A DNA stretch of 49,310 nt. Origin: Vicugna vicugna (Eukaryota). The first letter of the stretch is position 1, and the number at the start of each line of letters is the position of its first letter. The notes under the pieces are model-generated. The model was not told the origin of the DNA, made no database searches, and saw nothing but the letters and a program-made list of their open reading frames with translations. The position numbers were made by a program, and so were the translations under genes. Below, piece after piece: positions 10,908 to 22,800 of the stretch. The stretch spans positions 1,220,995 through 1,270,304 of the forward strand of contig MU058645.1 of NCBI GenBank assembly GCA_013265495.1, read 5' to 3'.

Positions 10908-13900
10908 TGTCAGTCTGGAAGGAATATGTAGAAAAAAAAAAGAAAGAGAAAGAAAGAAATGCATTTCCCGAAACTGTCCCATTATCACCCCCCTCCCCTT
11001 CCCGTCCCTTCCCGTGGGCTTTGCAAACGGGGCCCCTGGATGAGGAGGGCACTTGGGCAGAACCACTTCACTGTCAAGTACCTGTTGGGCCTATTTATAG
11101 CCCCAGTTAGGGATTCAGATTCGGGGGGATTCCGGTAGAAGACCATGAGCACGAGTCCTCAGGGAAAAGCTCTCACAAAGCTCTTGAGCTCATAGCTGAC
11201 TACTTGGCCCTGGTACAAGCTGCCAGCGCTGACATTCGGAAAATAAAAGTATTCCGGGTGCCGGCTCGCGGGCGTTCCAGGCCTCGCCCACGAGAAGCTG
11301 CTCCCTTGGTGCTGACCCCCCGCCCGTCCCAGGCACAGGCCTCTGTCACTGTCACCTTTCTCCTTTCCCCTTTGTGCTCACTGGGCCGCATCTTTGAGAA
11401 CTGTTTGGAAGATAATGATCCAGCCAGCTCGCCTGGGGGATCAGAGCAGCTCTGGTTACCATCCAAGGCCACAGGGAGGTTCTGGAAGGGCCTGGCGGCT
11501 GGCGGGAGAAGGAGCCCGGCAGGAGGAGGGAAGGTGTGCGTCCAGGAAAGGGACACGTTTGTGTTGGACTTCAAATCGGAAGAAACAAATTTTGATCAAG
11601 TTTCCTGCTGCGTAATCTTAACTGGAATTAAGTTCACTTAACGCAGAGGAGTTGCAGGTGTCGTTTATGTGTATGTGGTGTCCCAGGATCCCAGGGAAAG
11701 GAACCCACGAGGGAAAACCACTCCCGGGGCTTTGCTCTTTCTTTCTGCCCCTTCCACCTCGAGCTCCCAACCCTCCAGCTTCATGACATCAGCTCTTATT
11801 TTTAGGGATGTTTTGGTGTGATATGTTTAACACGCTGCCGAGACCCAGGCATTCAGACTGTGTGGCCAAGGGGCCCTGGAGCTGATTCACAGTCGGCGTC
11901 TCTCCCTCTCCGTGGGGCAGGGACAGTGGGAGACGGGGCTGGAGCAGCAGGACTCCCGGAGGATGGGGTGGGGGGAGGTGTAGGGGGTTAGGGCTGAGGC
12001 CGACTCAGCGACCCCCCCTGCGGAGGCCAGCCCTCTCTGGCCCTCCGGGCAGCCCGATTTCCCTGTCTGCCCAGGCCCCTGCGCACCCGCGTTACCTTGG
12101 GAGGCCAGGATGTTGTTCAACACTTTTGCACTTTAAGAAAAGTTCCAGAAAAGATACATAGCTTCCTTCGAGATGCACTGAGATAATACTCAAGGTGATT
12201 TGAGTGTCTTTGTCCTCCGAGGCAGACATGGCCCTGGCCGGACGCTGACTGCAGCGATGCCACACTGTGGTCTGCGCGCAGGCGCCAAGGAGCGGAGGGA
12301 CCCTGGCCGCAGGTGGCCCCCATTAATGGTCAAGGTAGGGGAGGGAGGAGATTCCTTTCTAGAAAGAACCTCAGCAAAGCAGCAAAACAACACACAAACA
12401 CACCTTGTCTGTGGGAACCAGGGAGAGGTGTGCCACTAGGGTCACCCAGTTTTCCTTCAGGGAACTCCCCCTGCTACTCCATGACTGGACGCAGCCTTCC
12501 TGAGCTGCCACCGTCGGTGACCGACTCCGTGGGGGGAAGAGGGCCTGGGCCTTTCAAATCATTACCTCTAAGGGGTAATCGTCGCTCTGGAGCTAGCCGA
12601 GACTTTGCCAGGTCCAAGGTCTCCTCACCCCAGCCTGCTTCCTTCCCTTTTATCTTTGACAAGCCATGACCCCCAGGAAATCTCTGGGAAGCGGAGGACC
12701 CCCCGGCACGGGAGCACAGACAGGAATGGATTTGGAAGTTAACCGAAGTTCTTTCCCAGCCCCAAATGTACTGGAGATTGATCAGGTTTCTGACTTCTTT
12801 ATGGGGCCCCAGGCCTCGCCTTGGGGTGGGAGGTGGGCTGTGAAGACTAAAAGGAAGGGGGAGGCAGAAAAGAAAGGCCTCGGAGGTGCATCTGACGTCA
12901 CTGAGGGGGCCACCCAGAAAGGAAGGATGCGTCATCCCAGAAGGAACCGCTGAATGTGAGTAGTGGCCCCGTGGAGGACACTCTCCCTCCCGTTCCCACC
13001 AGTGGCGCCAGGTCGGGGGTCTGAACCCGCAGGGCATCTCTGATCCGGCTTTGTCGGGTGGGGGTGTGGTTAGTGAGCATCAGTAGTCTCTGAGTTTGCC
13101 GGGAGCGCTGCCCCAGAGGAGGGGCCCCAGGGAGGGGGGGAGTGTGGCCCCCTAGGTGGCAGAGGGGCTGGGACCAGGAGGCTGTACAGAGAGTTAATGA
13201 CAGGGGACAGATTTGTTTTTAGGAATCTGATGTTTCTATGTCTGATAAACGGTGGGTGGTTAATAAAGTGAAGAATTTCTTCCAGACAGTGAGCCAGTGC
13301 ACCTCAGTCTGTCCTCCGCCGCCTCACACGCGGCGCCACTCGCCGCTGTCCGCAGAGCTTTGTGTCGCGACGAGTCGTTACGGATAAAACAGCTTAAAGA
13401 CGTGCGGGGAGAGTCGGAACCTGCAGACGGATGAAGGGTCTTCTTAGAAAGGCAGCTTCTGAGGGAGGCACCGGAACCTATCTGTTAAATGAATAGCTGC
13501 TTTATTGATTGTTTGAATTTAAATTTTGATGCAGTATATTCCTAAACATAGGTCATACGTGTAATTTTAGAAGAGACGGCCAAGTCTAAAATTTCCCAGA
13601 TACTACATCCTCCAACTATAAATGCTTTCCACGGACAGTGTGTGTGAGCGATCTCAACTCCCCTCCAACCACCAGCCTTTCAGGCCAAGAGCCGGAACCA
13701 GCAGGCTTTGCCTGTCACCCCGAGCAGGCTGGCCTGGCCTGGCCGTGCCTTTGGAGTCCCTGTCCTCAGGTCGGCACAGGACAGTGGTCTCTACTCCCTT
13801 AAGCAGTGGGAGCTCTGGGCTCTTAATGCCACCCTCCCCTTCTTGTTCCCACTGGAAGCCAGGGAGGCGGGCAGACCTGTCAGTCAGGTGGTCAGATGGG

Positions 13901-14527
13901 CGACCGTGGTCAAGGAGCAGCTCGGTTCATGAGGGATGTTTGTCCTTCCAGACCCAGAGGATGGCAAACAGATTTCATTCCTGTGTTAACTCCTGTTGAC
14001 AGCAGGTGCTCCTGGATGGCTGCCTGAGGGGGTGTCAAGGACACCTCTGGGCTGGGAGGGATCAGGCCTACCTGACTAATGGGGCTGCCGGGGCTGCCGA
14101 TGCTGAGCCACTCTGTGGGGACCCACCCTGCTCCCTCACAGCAGCCCTCCTGGTCTCCACTTTGTGTTCACAGATACGCCACCCCAGGGTGCTGAGGTGG
14201 GTGGGGGAGGCAAACCTGCTCAGACCCCTGGGACGGATGTGTGGCCTCTGTATGAGAAGACCAGGAAAATGCCACCAGCAATGATTTCAAGGCCTTCCTC
14301 ATCCTCCTTCAGGGATGCAGAAGGCTCCATCACTAGTCTGCCACTTTTTGGCATGAGACTTTTAATCCCAACCAGACACGGACCGATCTTCCCTTCAGCC
14401 TCTCGCTGGTTCAGATTCTGAATGGAGCTGGGGAGGAGGCAGGGAGGCAGAGAAGGGAGGGGCTCCAGTGAGGCGGGGATGGAAATGCAGAGGGGAGGAC
14501 AGGGAAGGGGCCAAAGGCAGATTTGCT

Positions 14528-14939
14528 TGTTAGGGGTTCAGCTGTGTCCCCAGAAGCTGTGTTAAAGTCTTAACCAGCAGGACCTGTGGGACTTCATTTC
14601 AGAGCAGGGCTTTTGCAAATAAAGTCAAGTTACGATGAGGTCATTAGAGTGGATCCGAATCCAGTATGACTGGGGTCTTTAGAAGAGGAGACAGAGCACA
14701 TCGAACGCCGTGTGGCCCCAGAGGCGGAGCCTGCAGTGATGCTACCACAAGCCAAGGGACTGCTAGGGCCCCAGAAACTGGAAGAGGCAGGGAAGGATCC
14801 TCCCTCGAGGCTTTGGACGGAGCTGCCAACACGATGACTGCAGACTTGTTACTTCCAGACCTGTGGGAGGATGGATTTCTGCTGTCCTCCAACTCCAGCT
14901 TATGGTGCTTTGTTACGGTGGCCCTGGGAAGTTGATGCG
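14528..14939 (+). mobile_element. ERVL-MaLR solo LTR (MLT1B/C-like)
   Basis: 'tgttaggggttcagctgtgtcccc...aagttacgatgaggtcattagagtgg...atccagtatgactggggtc...caagccaaggga...acttccagacctgtg...tttgttacggtggccctgggaa'. Confidence 0.85.
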
Positions 14940-16369
14940 GCCTGTTTCACTTACTCCTAAAAACTGATGCGTCATTGTGATAAATCTCAGAGATGGCCAT
15001 TATCACACATTGGAGGTTCAGGTATCTCAACAGTCACAGAATAAACCATGGGTTGAAGAAAGAATGTTGCATGAGGTCTACAGCAGGGGTGGCCAACTGG
15101 GCAGAGCCTGCGGGACCAGGTGGGAAGATGGAGCTGAGCTGCCTGCACCGGCCTGGACAGCCAGGGAGCAGCGAGCAGCAATGGGAGAAGAAGGAAGCGG
15201 GCACGAGGCCTGTAAATCAGCAGATGCAAGAGCGCTGGGAACGTGGGAGAAGTTAAGGCCGGAATCCAGAGCCTGACCACAGAGGGCGGAGGCCAGGTGG
15301 ACCCAGGGGAAACGTCCCTGTCCTCGGTCGCCTCCTCCAGCAGCAGGAGAGAATGAACCACCTGTCAGGAACCGTCTGGGTTGAGACAACTGTAGGAACT
15401 GATCCTGTGAGAAGCATCTCACCAGGAGAATTGCTCGGGGTGATAGTCACTGCAGTGGCGGCAAATCTGGAAATTGAAAGTGACAGGGCGTGTGGCTCAG
15501 GAGTCCCTATGTCACCTGGGAGACACGGCAGCCGAAGCCGGGGTTCTTGTAGCTCGGGGTTGGTGTGCGTGGCGGATAAAGCCAAAACGAGAGCTGGGCT
15601 GGCGGCTGAGTGTGGGCAGGACATGGGGGCAGGTTCACGGGGCCCAGGGTGACTAGACCAGACCGTTCCAAAGTGTCAGCGTTTGTGTTGGAACTTGGGT
15701 GGTGGCAAACAGCAGACAAAAGTCGGCAGCTGAGAAGGGTGTCTGCACATGTGCCCTGAACACCAGTGGTTGGCGAGTCCGCCCCCCGGAGCACAGACTC
15801 ATCACCATCTCAACGTTTGAAGTCTGCGTTTGGCAGCCACAACTTAGTGTGATATGGACGGGGACTCGGCCCAGAGTCTCCGCAGTTACCTCTCATCCAC
15901 TCTTTGACCAAAGAACAACTATTTAAGGCCTCATTTTTCTTCTCTCGTCTGGAAAATGATATTATTCATGCTAACTTAAAAGGAAGCTGGATAGATTTGA
16001 GTTATGAAAAAAATCCCTCTAAATCAAAGCTTTCCATGTAACAAAAAGATCTACTTCAGGTGATGCCTGGGATGTCAGCTCCTCCGTAAGGTAAGATTGG
16101 GAACTGTTCACGGGGGCTTATTAAACCCTTGTATCGGTAAAAACACCACCTGTGTACTTAGTAGTCGTTATGATTACACTGAAACAAAAAAAAATTAAGG
16201 CAATATGTGGACGTATATGATTACGTGGAATTGAAACCCACAACGTTATAAAACCCAAGTAATGGGAACACATGTAGATAGAAAGAAGTTGTATGAACAG
16301 CACTGGGAGGAGGGCAGGGCCGTGGGGACTGTCTGGAGTCAGGGAAGCATTTCCTAGCTTTGCAATGTT

Positions 16370-16500
16370 GGCCAAAATAGATAAGTGGCAAAGTTGCTAT
16401 CTTCCCAACTATAAAATGGGGATATTACTTCCTCAAAGGGCTGCGGTGATGAAGTTACTCAGCACAGAGGGTGGCACACAGTAACAGCGATGAACGGTGA
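16370..16500 (+). mobile_element. MIR SINE fragment
   Basis: 'ctataaaatggggatattacttcctcaaagggctgcggtgatgaag' matches the MIR core. Confidence 0.5.
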
Positions 16501-16749
16501 ATAGCAAGAAGGTGGTTGCAGTAAGTATACTTGTAAATGACAGATCCAAGGTGAAAAACACACGAAGGACCCCAGCAAATCTCCAAGTACCTAAGAATGC
16601 TAAAAGATGGTCAGAAGAGTCCACAGTTTACAGATGTGGAAATAAAAGTTAATGAATGAATTCAATGAATGCTAGAGGCTAAAAAAACCCTTTACTCACT
16701 GAACTTACCAGAAAAGAAGTAGAACAGAAATCTAGAAAGAGTAGAATAT

Positions 16750-17260
16750 CAAATTCCATGGTAATCGCCGAGATGCTGGTGAAACTATAGTTAACTAGGA
16801 ATATCCAGGACTTCCTGGTAGAAGTGCAAGTTTGATTATTTTGGAAGAGAATTTGGTAAGTATTATCAAGAGCCATAATGTCCTACACTTTGACTCCATA
16901 ATTCTGTTCATGAGACTGAAATAATTCAAATTAAGACAAAGCTATACTTATAATGAAGCATGCAGGTAAGATTATAAGAATAAAAAAACTCCAATAAAAT
17001 AGCAATGGTTACTTTGTTATAGAATAGAAACTCTATAACTTATTATATGGTGCTTAAAAATAACAGAGTGTATTCAAAATAGAGTCCCTACAAAACCGTG
17101 TCAAGAAGGATACAGTATATGGAATTAATTGCAAATATTTTAAAAAGAATATGTAAATATATATGGATACAGATGAAAAGAAGCTATAAAGAAAAGCAAT
17201 TTATTTTATATTGATAAAGGGATTTTGAAATAATTATCTGTGTACAGTTTTATTAATATA
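16750..17260 (+). mobile_element. Highly decayed L1M(E)-type LINE fragment
   Basis: A-rich stretch with 'ggtagaagtgcaagtttgattattttggaagagaatttggtaagta...ctttgactccataattctg', typical of old L1 ORF2 end / 3'UTR. Confidence 0.5.
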
Positions 17261-19789
17261 TTAAAATATTTATGACTATCTTAACTTCTCCATATTACCC
17301 ATTATTAACTGATAACTCCTCATGATTCATTTCATATGGACCAATATTAGCGTATAAAAAGCCAATTCAGGGCTTCAGTTAAGACACAAGCAAGCTATGG
17401 CCTTTTGGGGGCATTTCCTGGCTCGACTGAGAAATGTCAGCTGAACACACGTATGTCCCTCTAAAAACTTTACTATTCATCGAGATTTGCACTTGGTTCC
17501 CTGACACTCTTTCGTGTCACTGCAAGAACTGCCACCTTTCCATCTGCTAAGTCTCCTCTGTTAGACTTGTACCGCAAACAGCTTCCAAACTCACTGGAAA
17601 AGTCACTCAGGTAAGTAGCAAATAACAGAAAGACTATGACACAGGGTGGAACTAGCCAGCCAGAAACGCTCGCTCATTCACCTGTTCTGGGGTTTCTGAG
17701 GAGCCCTCTGTGTTTTATAAACGACAGAAACACTTTGTCCAAACTACAGATCAGGCCCTGCGCGTGCATGTGAGGAGCGGCTATTTTGGTCTCTGGGCTC
17801 TGGTTACGCAGCCTAGGCTGGAAGCTTTGTTCTCAGAACCCCTGCTGTCATCAAAAGGCCTCAGTCCCAATCCAGCAGCAGGCCCCGCAGAGGCTGAGCT
17901 GTAACCACAGCTGCAAACTCTCTGTCATGTGAAAGCGCCCGGCTCTTTTCTGGGTCTGGAATGCTTGTTGGCCACGCCCTCTGCCTGCCTGTCCACCCTG
18001 GAAACCGCCTCCATCCTCACCATCGCTCTGCTCCCCCGCGAGGTCTCAGCCCCCTGCCTCCCGTGGGCTCTGCCGGAGCTGCGGGCTGGCCCGTTTGTGC
18101 TCGCACTTACTACGGTCCCCTCAGGTCCCCTCCTCACCGAGTTCGTGCTTCTCCCGGGGAGAACTGTGTCCGCCTCATGGTGACACAGTGTCTGGCCCGC
18201 AGGCCCCGAGGGATCTTAACGTGTGGTCCAGGAAGGACTTGAGGGGTCTAGGGGGTCCCTGAAACCATGGGCAGCTGGTGTGCCCTTCAGGGGCAGGGAG
18301 GTTGAGGCCTCCCAGCAGGGGTCCCTCTGAGCCCCTGGGGGTTTGAGCCAAGCCTGGGGGTCTCCTTCCCCTTGGTGGCAGTTGGTTCCGGCTTCAGCAG
18401 GCCACCTCCCAGGCTGATGGGGTCCCAGGGGAAGTTGGCTGGGAATTTCTGGGTTGACTCTGAGCTTGTTTTGTGAGACAGTACACACCCTGTTTCCTGA
18501 GGAACTTTTAATTGAATTTTCTCCCTTTTGGGGGCTGAGACACCTGACAGGATGCAGTGATTTTCATTAGATGAAGACAAGGATCTCAGACCCCTCCCCT
18601 CCCAAGGTTCGGGATCTCTGAAGAAGACATCCAGGAGCTGCTGACTGAGCCACTGACTGACAGATGGGAATGCCTCAGAGTAACCCAGGGGCCTGTTTGG
18701 AGGAAGCTGCTACCTGGGGTGTGCTGTTCCCAGAGTCAGGCCCCAGCAGTGGGAGAGGCCTGAGCGTCGGGGCCAGCAGAGGCCTGGGTGTTGCACTGCG
18801 AGGGCCTGTCAGGCTGCTGGCTGGGGGCCCTAGTCCTTTTGAAAGACTTTGTTCAACACCGCCCTGACGGGGCCCTGGGCCCTGCAGGAAGCAGGCCTGA
18901 GGTGCTGTTCTGAAGCCTTCTCCAGGCATAAGTCAATCAACTGGCCTCAGGTTCCCGAATGTCCATCCCTGGAGCAGCCTCTTCCTGAGACCATGGTGGT
19001 CAAACTCTTGACGGGTCCCCTCTTTTCAGAGCCCGTGGCCCTCGATCCAGCTGCCTTTGCTCAGACTGGTGTGTGGTGAGCCCGGCTCCCATGCCGGGGC
19101 CCCAGGAAGACTCCAGGGCCCGGCGGTCCCCATGCAGGAGGGGATTCCTGCCCTAATGCTGTCACAACCCGAGGTTCTGGTTAGGCTGCCGCTTCCCTCT
19201 GTCCCAGCACGCTGGACCGGTGCCTTCTGCTCCCCTGGACGCTGTCGCAAGTGCACTGGGATGCAAGCTTGGCCACATCCAAGCCAAAGGGCACCAGGCG
19301 CGGAGTCTGAGGGGCGAGGACCTGGGCTAGGCAGGGTCGGTGGGAGCTCTGCCGGGTCACCTGGGAAAGGACAGGACAGGGCAGGGTGCTCCACGCCAGG
19401 GGGCAGCCTGGAAAAGCCCCGGACAGGGCGTGGGGCCTGATGGGGTCCCGAGGCCGGAGAGCCTCAGCGGACCACCTAGCTCCGAACACGTGTTCTCCTC
19501 TGAGGGGGTGAGATACAGGGAAGCTTTCTAGTGGGAAAACGACATGAAAGAAACGAGGCTGGAGGAGCCTCCCTGGCTGCAGTGGGCCAGGAGTGAGAGG
19601 GGCCCAGGGCAAGGAGAGCCACCTTGAGGGCGTGAGGCCTGAGCTGGAGGGCCTGGTCCCTGCAGAGGGCGGTATCAGGGGCGTTGGAGAGGGTCCTTGC
19701 CCACCTTTACTTCCTCCTCCCTCTCCCTTTCTTTCTGCCCTCCTCTCCTCCCCACCACGTGCCTCCCCTCCCCCGCCCTTTCCCAGGTG

Positions 19790-20660
19790 GGTGACGGGAC
19801 CTGCCTGGCCTTAGGCCTGCTGCCCTCCCCCAAGCTCGGGGAGCGGGACTGTGCGCCCCCCTGCCCCGCCCCCTCGAGTGATGGACCGCGCTCCCGGGCC
19901 CTGGATCTCGGAGCCGAAGCCGGGAGGGGGCCGCCTGCCGGACCTGCTTTTAGTGAAGCAGATGGTGCCCCGGCTCCGTGCAGGTGGCGGAGGGACACGA
20001 CCTTCCTCCGAGCCTTTCTTTGGGGGAAAGGAAGTCTTTGGAAGTTGGTGGCGACTGAGTAAATCTTGTCACTTTGATAAGCAGGGTCCCGTTTCGCTCC
20101 CGATGTGGAGAAAGCTCCACACTTCCTCCGATTGTCCCAGTTTATTGAATTTCAGCGTGTGTGACATGATAGCCTCGCTCCTGGGGAGTCGGCAGAGGAA
20201 GCGGGGCGGCCCGGGCTTCCGCGGGGCAGCCGGGGGCAGGCGGCCGGGTTATTCTTGGAAGTTATTTTGATCTGCTGGGCCGTCGGCTCGGGTTTCTCGC
20301 CCGCCCTGGGAGGATGAGGCGTTTCATTATAATAATAGACTCGGAGCGCACTGGCCCGGGCGGCGGCGGCTCTTCGAGGGCAGGGAGCAGGCTGGCTGCC
20401 TCCCGGCGGTGCCGGCGGCGCTGGGCCGGGGGCAGAGGCGGGGCGGCGGAGAGGGCAGAGCTGCGCCCTGGAGGCCCCGTGCTCTGCGGGGCTCCGGGGA
20501 GAAGTGACTCAGGGGGAGACTGACTCATGAGACCCAGGGGCGGGAGAGACAGGCAGGCGGCTTTCAGCTCAATGTAAGGAAGAAGGTTCTCCTAATTAAA
20601 GCTGTTTATAAAATGCAACCTCCTGCCCTTGAAATAGAAGCGCCTGACGTGGTGAGGCCT
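19790..20660. promoter_or_regulatory. CpG-rich island with GC boxes, GAS/STAT site and tandem AP-1 sites
   Basis: CpG is dense, especially at 20190-20500, with several GGGCGG motifs. TTCTTGGAA at 20252-20260; TGACTCA at 20505-20511 and 20521-20527. Confidence 0.7.
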
Positions 20661-20728
20661 CGCACCCCGGCCCAGGCCCCGTGTTTTCTATTTTCACTTT
20701 TGAGGTAAAGTCATTTCTTCTTATAGAT

Positions 20729-21179
20729 TGTTGCCTTACTTGGGCTGTAGCAACAAAGGACCCCAAACTGGGGGCTTAGAAAACACGACTGACTGTCTCC
20801 AGGTGGAGGGGGGCCGTGGGGGCGGTGCCCGGTGTCTGGGACCCAGGTGTGGGCAGGGCGGGGTCCTGCTGAGGCCGCTCCCCCAGCCTCCGCGGTTCTC
20901 CGGATCCGTGGCCTCCCTTGGCTGTGGGAGCATGACTGCAGTCTGCCTTCATCTTCATAGGGCCTGCTCCCTGCGTGTCTCCCTGTGTCCACAGTCCCCC
21001 TTTCCGTAAGGACATCAGTGACACTGGATCAGGGCCAGTCGGCTCCAGGATGACCTCACCCTGACTTCACTGATGACATCTGCACGGACCCTAGTTCCCA
21101 ACAAGGTCACACTCTGAGATACTCGAGGTTAGGACTTCAGCTTCTGCATTTTGGGGGGAAGGCAGCTCAGCCCCTAGCA
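20729..21179 (-). mobile_element. ERVL-MaLR solo LTR (MLT1B/C-like)
   Basis: 'gggctgtagcaacaaaggaccccaaactgggggcttagaaaacacga...gtaaggacatcagtgacactggatcagggcc...gatgacctca...aaggtcacactctgagatactcgaggttaggacttca...cagcccctagca'. Confidence 0.85.
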
Positions 21180-22129
21180 GATGTGGTGCATACGCATTGT
21201 AGGAATTTAGAAAATAGAGACAAGCAGAAAAGAAAGAAATAAAACCTCTACATCTCTGCCACTCAGAAATCACTGCTGGGAACATCTTAGAGCATTCCCT
21301 TCTGAAGTCATTCTTTTGTATCTAATACCTAGTCTGTGTTCAGATTGTGTCTATTTACAGTCATCTTGCTCAAACCAAGAACCGGTCTATGGACATTAGC
21401 TTTCACTGGTTGTTAGGTCTCTTTAATCCATAACTATCCCTTTTTTAATGACATCAACTTATTTGGGGCCAATTATGCTCCAAAATACTGCACCTTCTGA
21501 ATCTGTCTCGTTGCTTCTTGGTGACGTTGTTCAGCTTGTTCCTCTGTCCCGTGTTGCCTGTAAACTTGGGCTATGAGATTTCTGATGGACTCAAGCTGAG
21601 CATTTCTGGATAGAAAACACCACAAATGCTTCCAAGCACCTCACATCAGAAGACAGAACATCTGGTCAACCCACGTCAAGTCTTGCTAGGTCAGGGGATG
21701 GGGCCTGGGGTTCCTGCACTGGGTGGGAACTGACACCTGATGACCTGGAATGCTCCTTGCAACACTGAGGGTTTTGCAACTTGAATGTTTCTGGTAGTTG
21801 AGACAGGAGCCTGCCCTTTGTGGGGGCAGCTGGCACCTGGAGAGGAAGGGTGGCTGGGCCTGCTGGGCCACCCTCATTGCTGCCCTCTGGGGACCTCACC
21901 AATCTCAAGACGTGCAGTTTTAAGAAGTACTGTCCTTGGATTCCGACCCTATGTCCTCTGAGGTGGGCTGATGGCGGTGTTCTTTCCCACCAGACCTGGG
22001 CCTCGTGGTGGCCCACACCCCACACTGCAGCGAGGCGGGGCCTGGCTGACCCCCCTCTCCCTCCTAGGCCGTTTCCAGGAAGGACATAGCTCTTTCTTTC
22101 CAGCACTTTACAGTGTTTTTGTTTGTAAA

Positions 22130-22800
22130 GAGAAACAATTTGTAATGAAATATACAGATTTTATACATGTATTTGCTCATCTTTTGACAAATCCATACAC
22201 TGGCATAACCCACATCTCCATCAAGATGTAGAGCATTCCCCTTACCCTTAACGTTCCTGCCTGCCCCTGCCTGGTCAAGCCTGGCCCACCCAGAGGTAGC
22301 CCCTGTTCCCGCGTTTCCCACTGTAGCTAACTTGACCTGTTCTAGACCTTCATGGACATGCACTGGACAGCTTGTCCTTTTTTATTCAGGATGGTGCTGG
22401 GCTCCGTTCATGGCCTTGCAGGTGTCAGCCCGCCTCCGCCTCCCCTGAGCAGTGCTGTGTAGTATGACCATCAGTTCTGCTGTGGATGGACACGTGGGCT
22501 GATTCCTGCTCTCTGCTGTTATAAATGAAGCTCTGTGTACATCCCTGTATTTGTGCACACAGTGTCTTCATTTCTCCTGGGTAAATATCAAGGAATGAAA
22601 TTAGCAGGTCATAGTTGACAAGGTTGTAGCATTTACTCTCCATTCAGTAGGGGAAGGGAGTTCTGGTATCATCAGCCTTTTCATTTTTTGCCATTCTGGT
22701 GGCTGTGTATTTCAGTGTGGTTCCAGTCTGCATTTCCCAAAGATTTATGAGAGTTAGAACTTTTTTTGCATGCTTATTGGCCATTTGTATATATTCCTTT
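22130..22800 (-). mobile_element. Old L1M (L1MD/ME-like) fragment
   Basis: Antisense L1 motifs 'ttttgacaaatccatacac...catcaagatgtagagcatt', 'catttctcctgggtaaata...aggaatgaaattagcaggtcatag' and 'tgcttattggccatttgtatat'. Confidence 0.7.

Noticed and set aside
19020..20530. Many overlapping 100-140 aa ORFs on both strands
   Set aside because: Expected in GC-rich, stop-poor sequence. They are Pro/Gly/Arg/Ala-rich with no recognisable family or exon structure.
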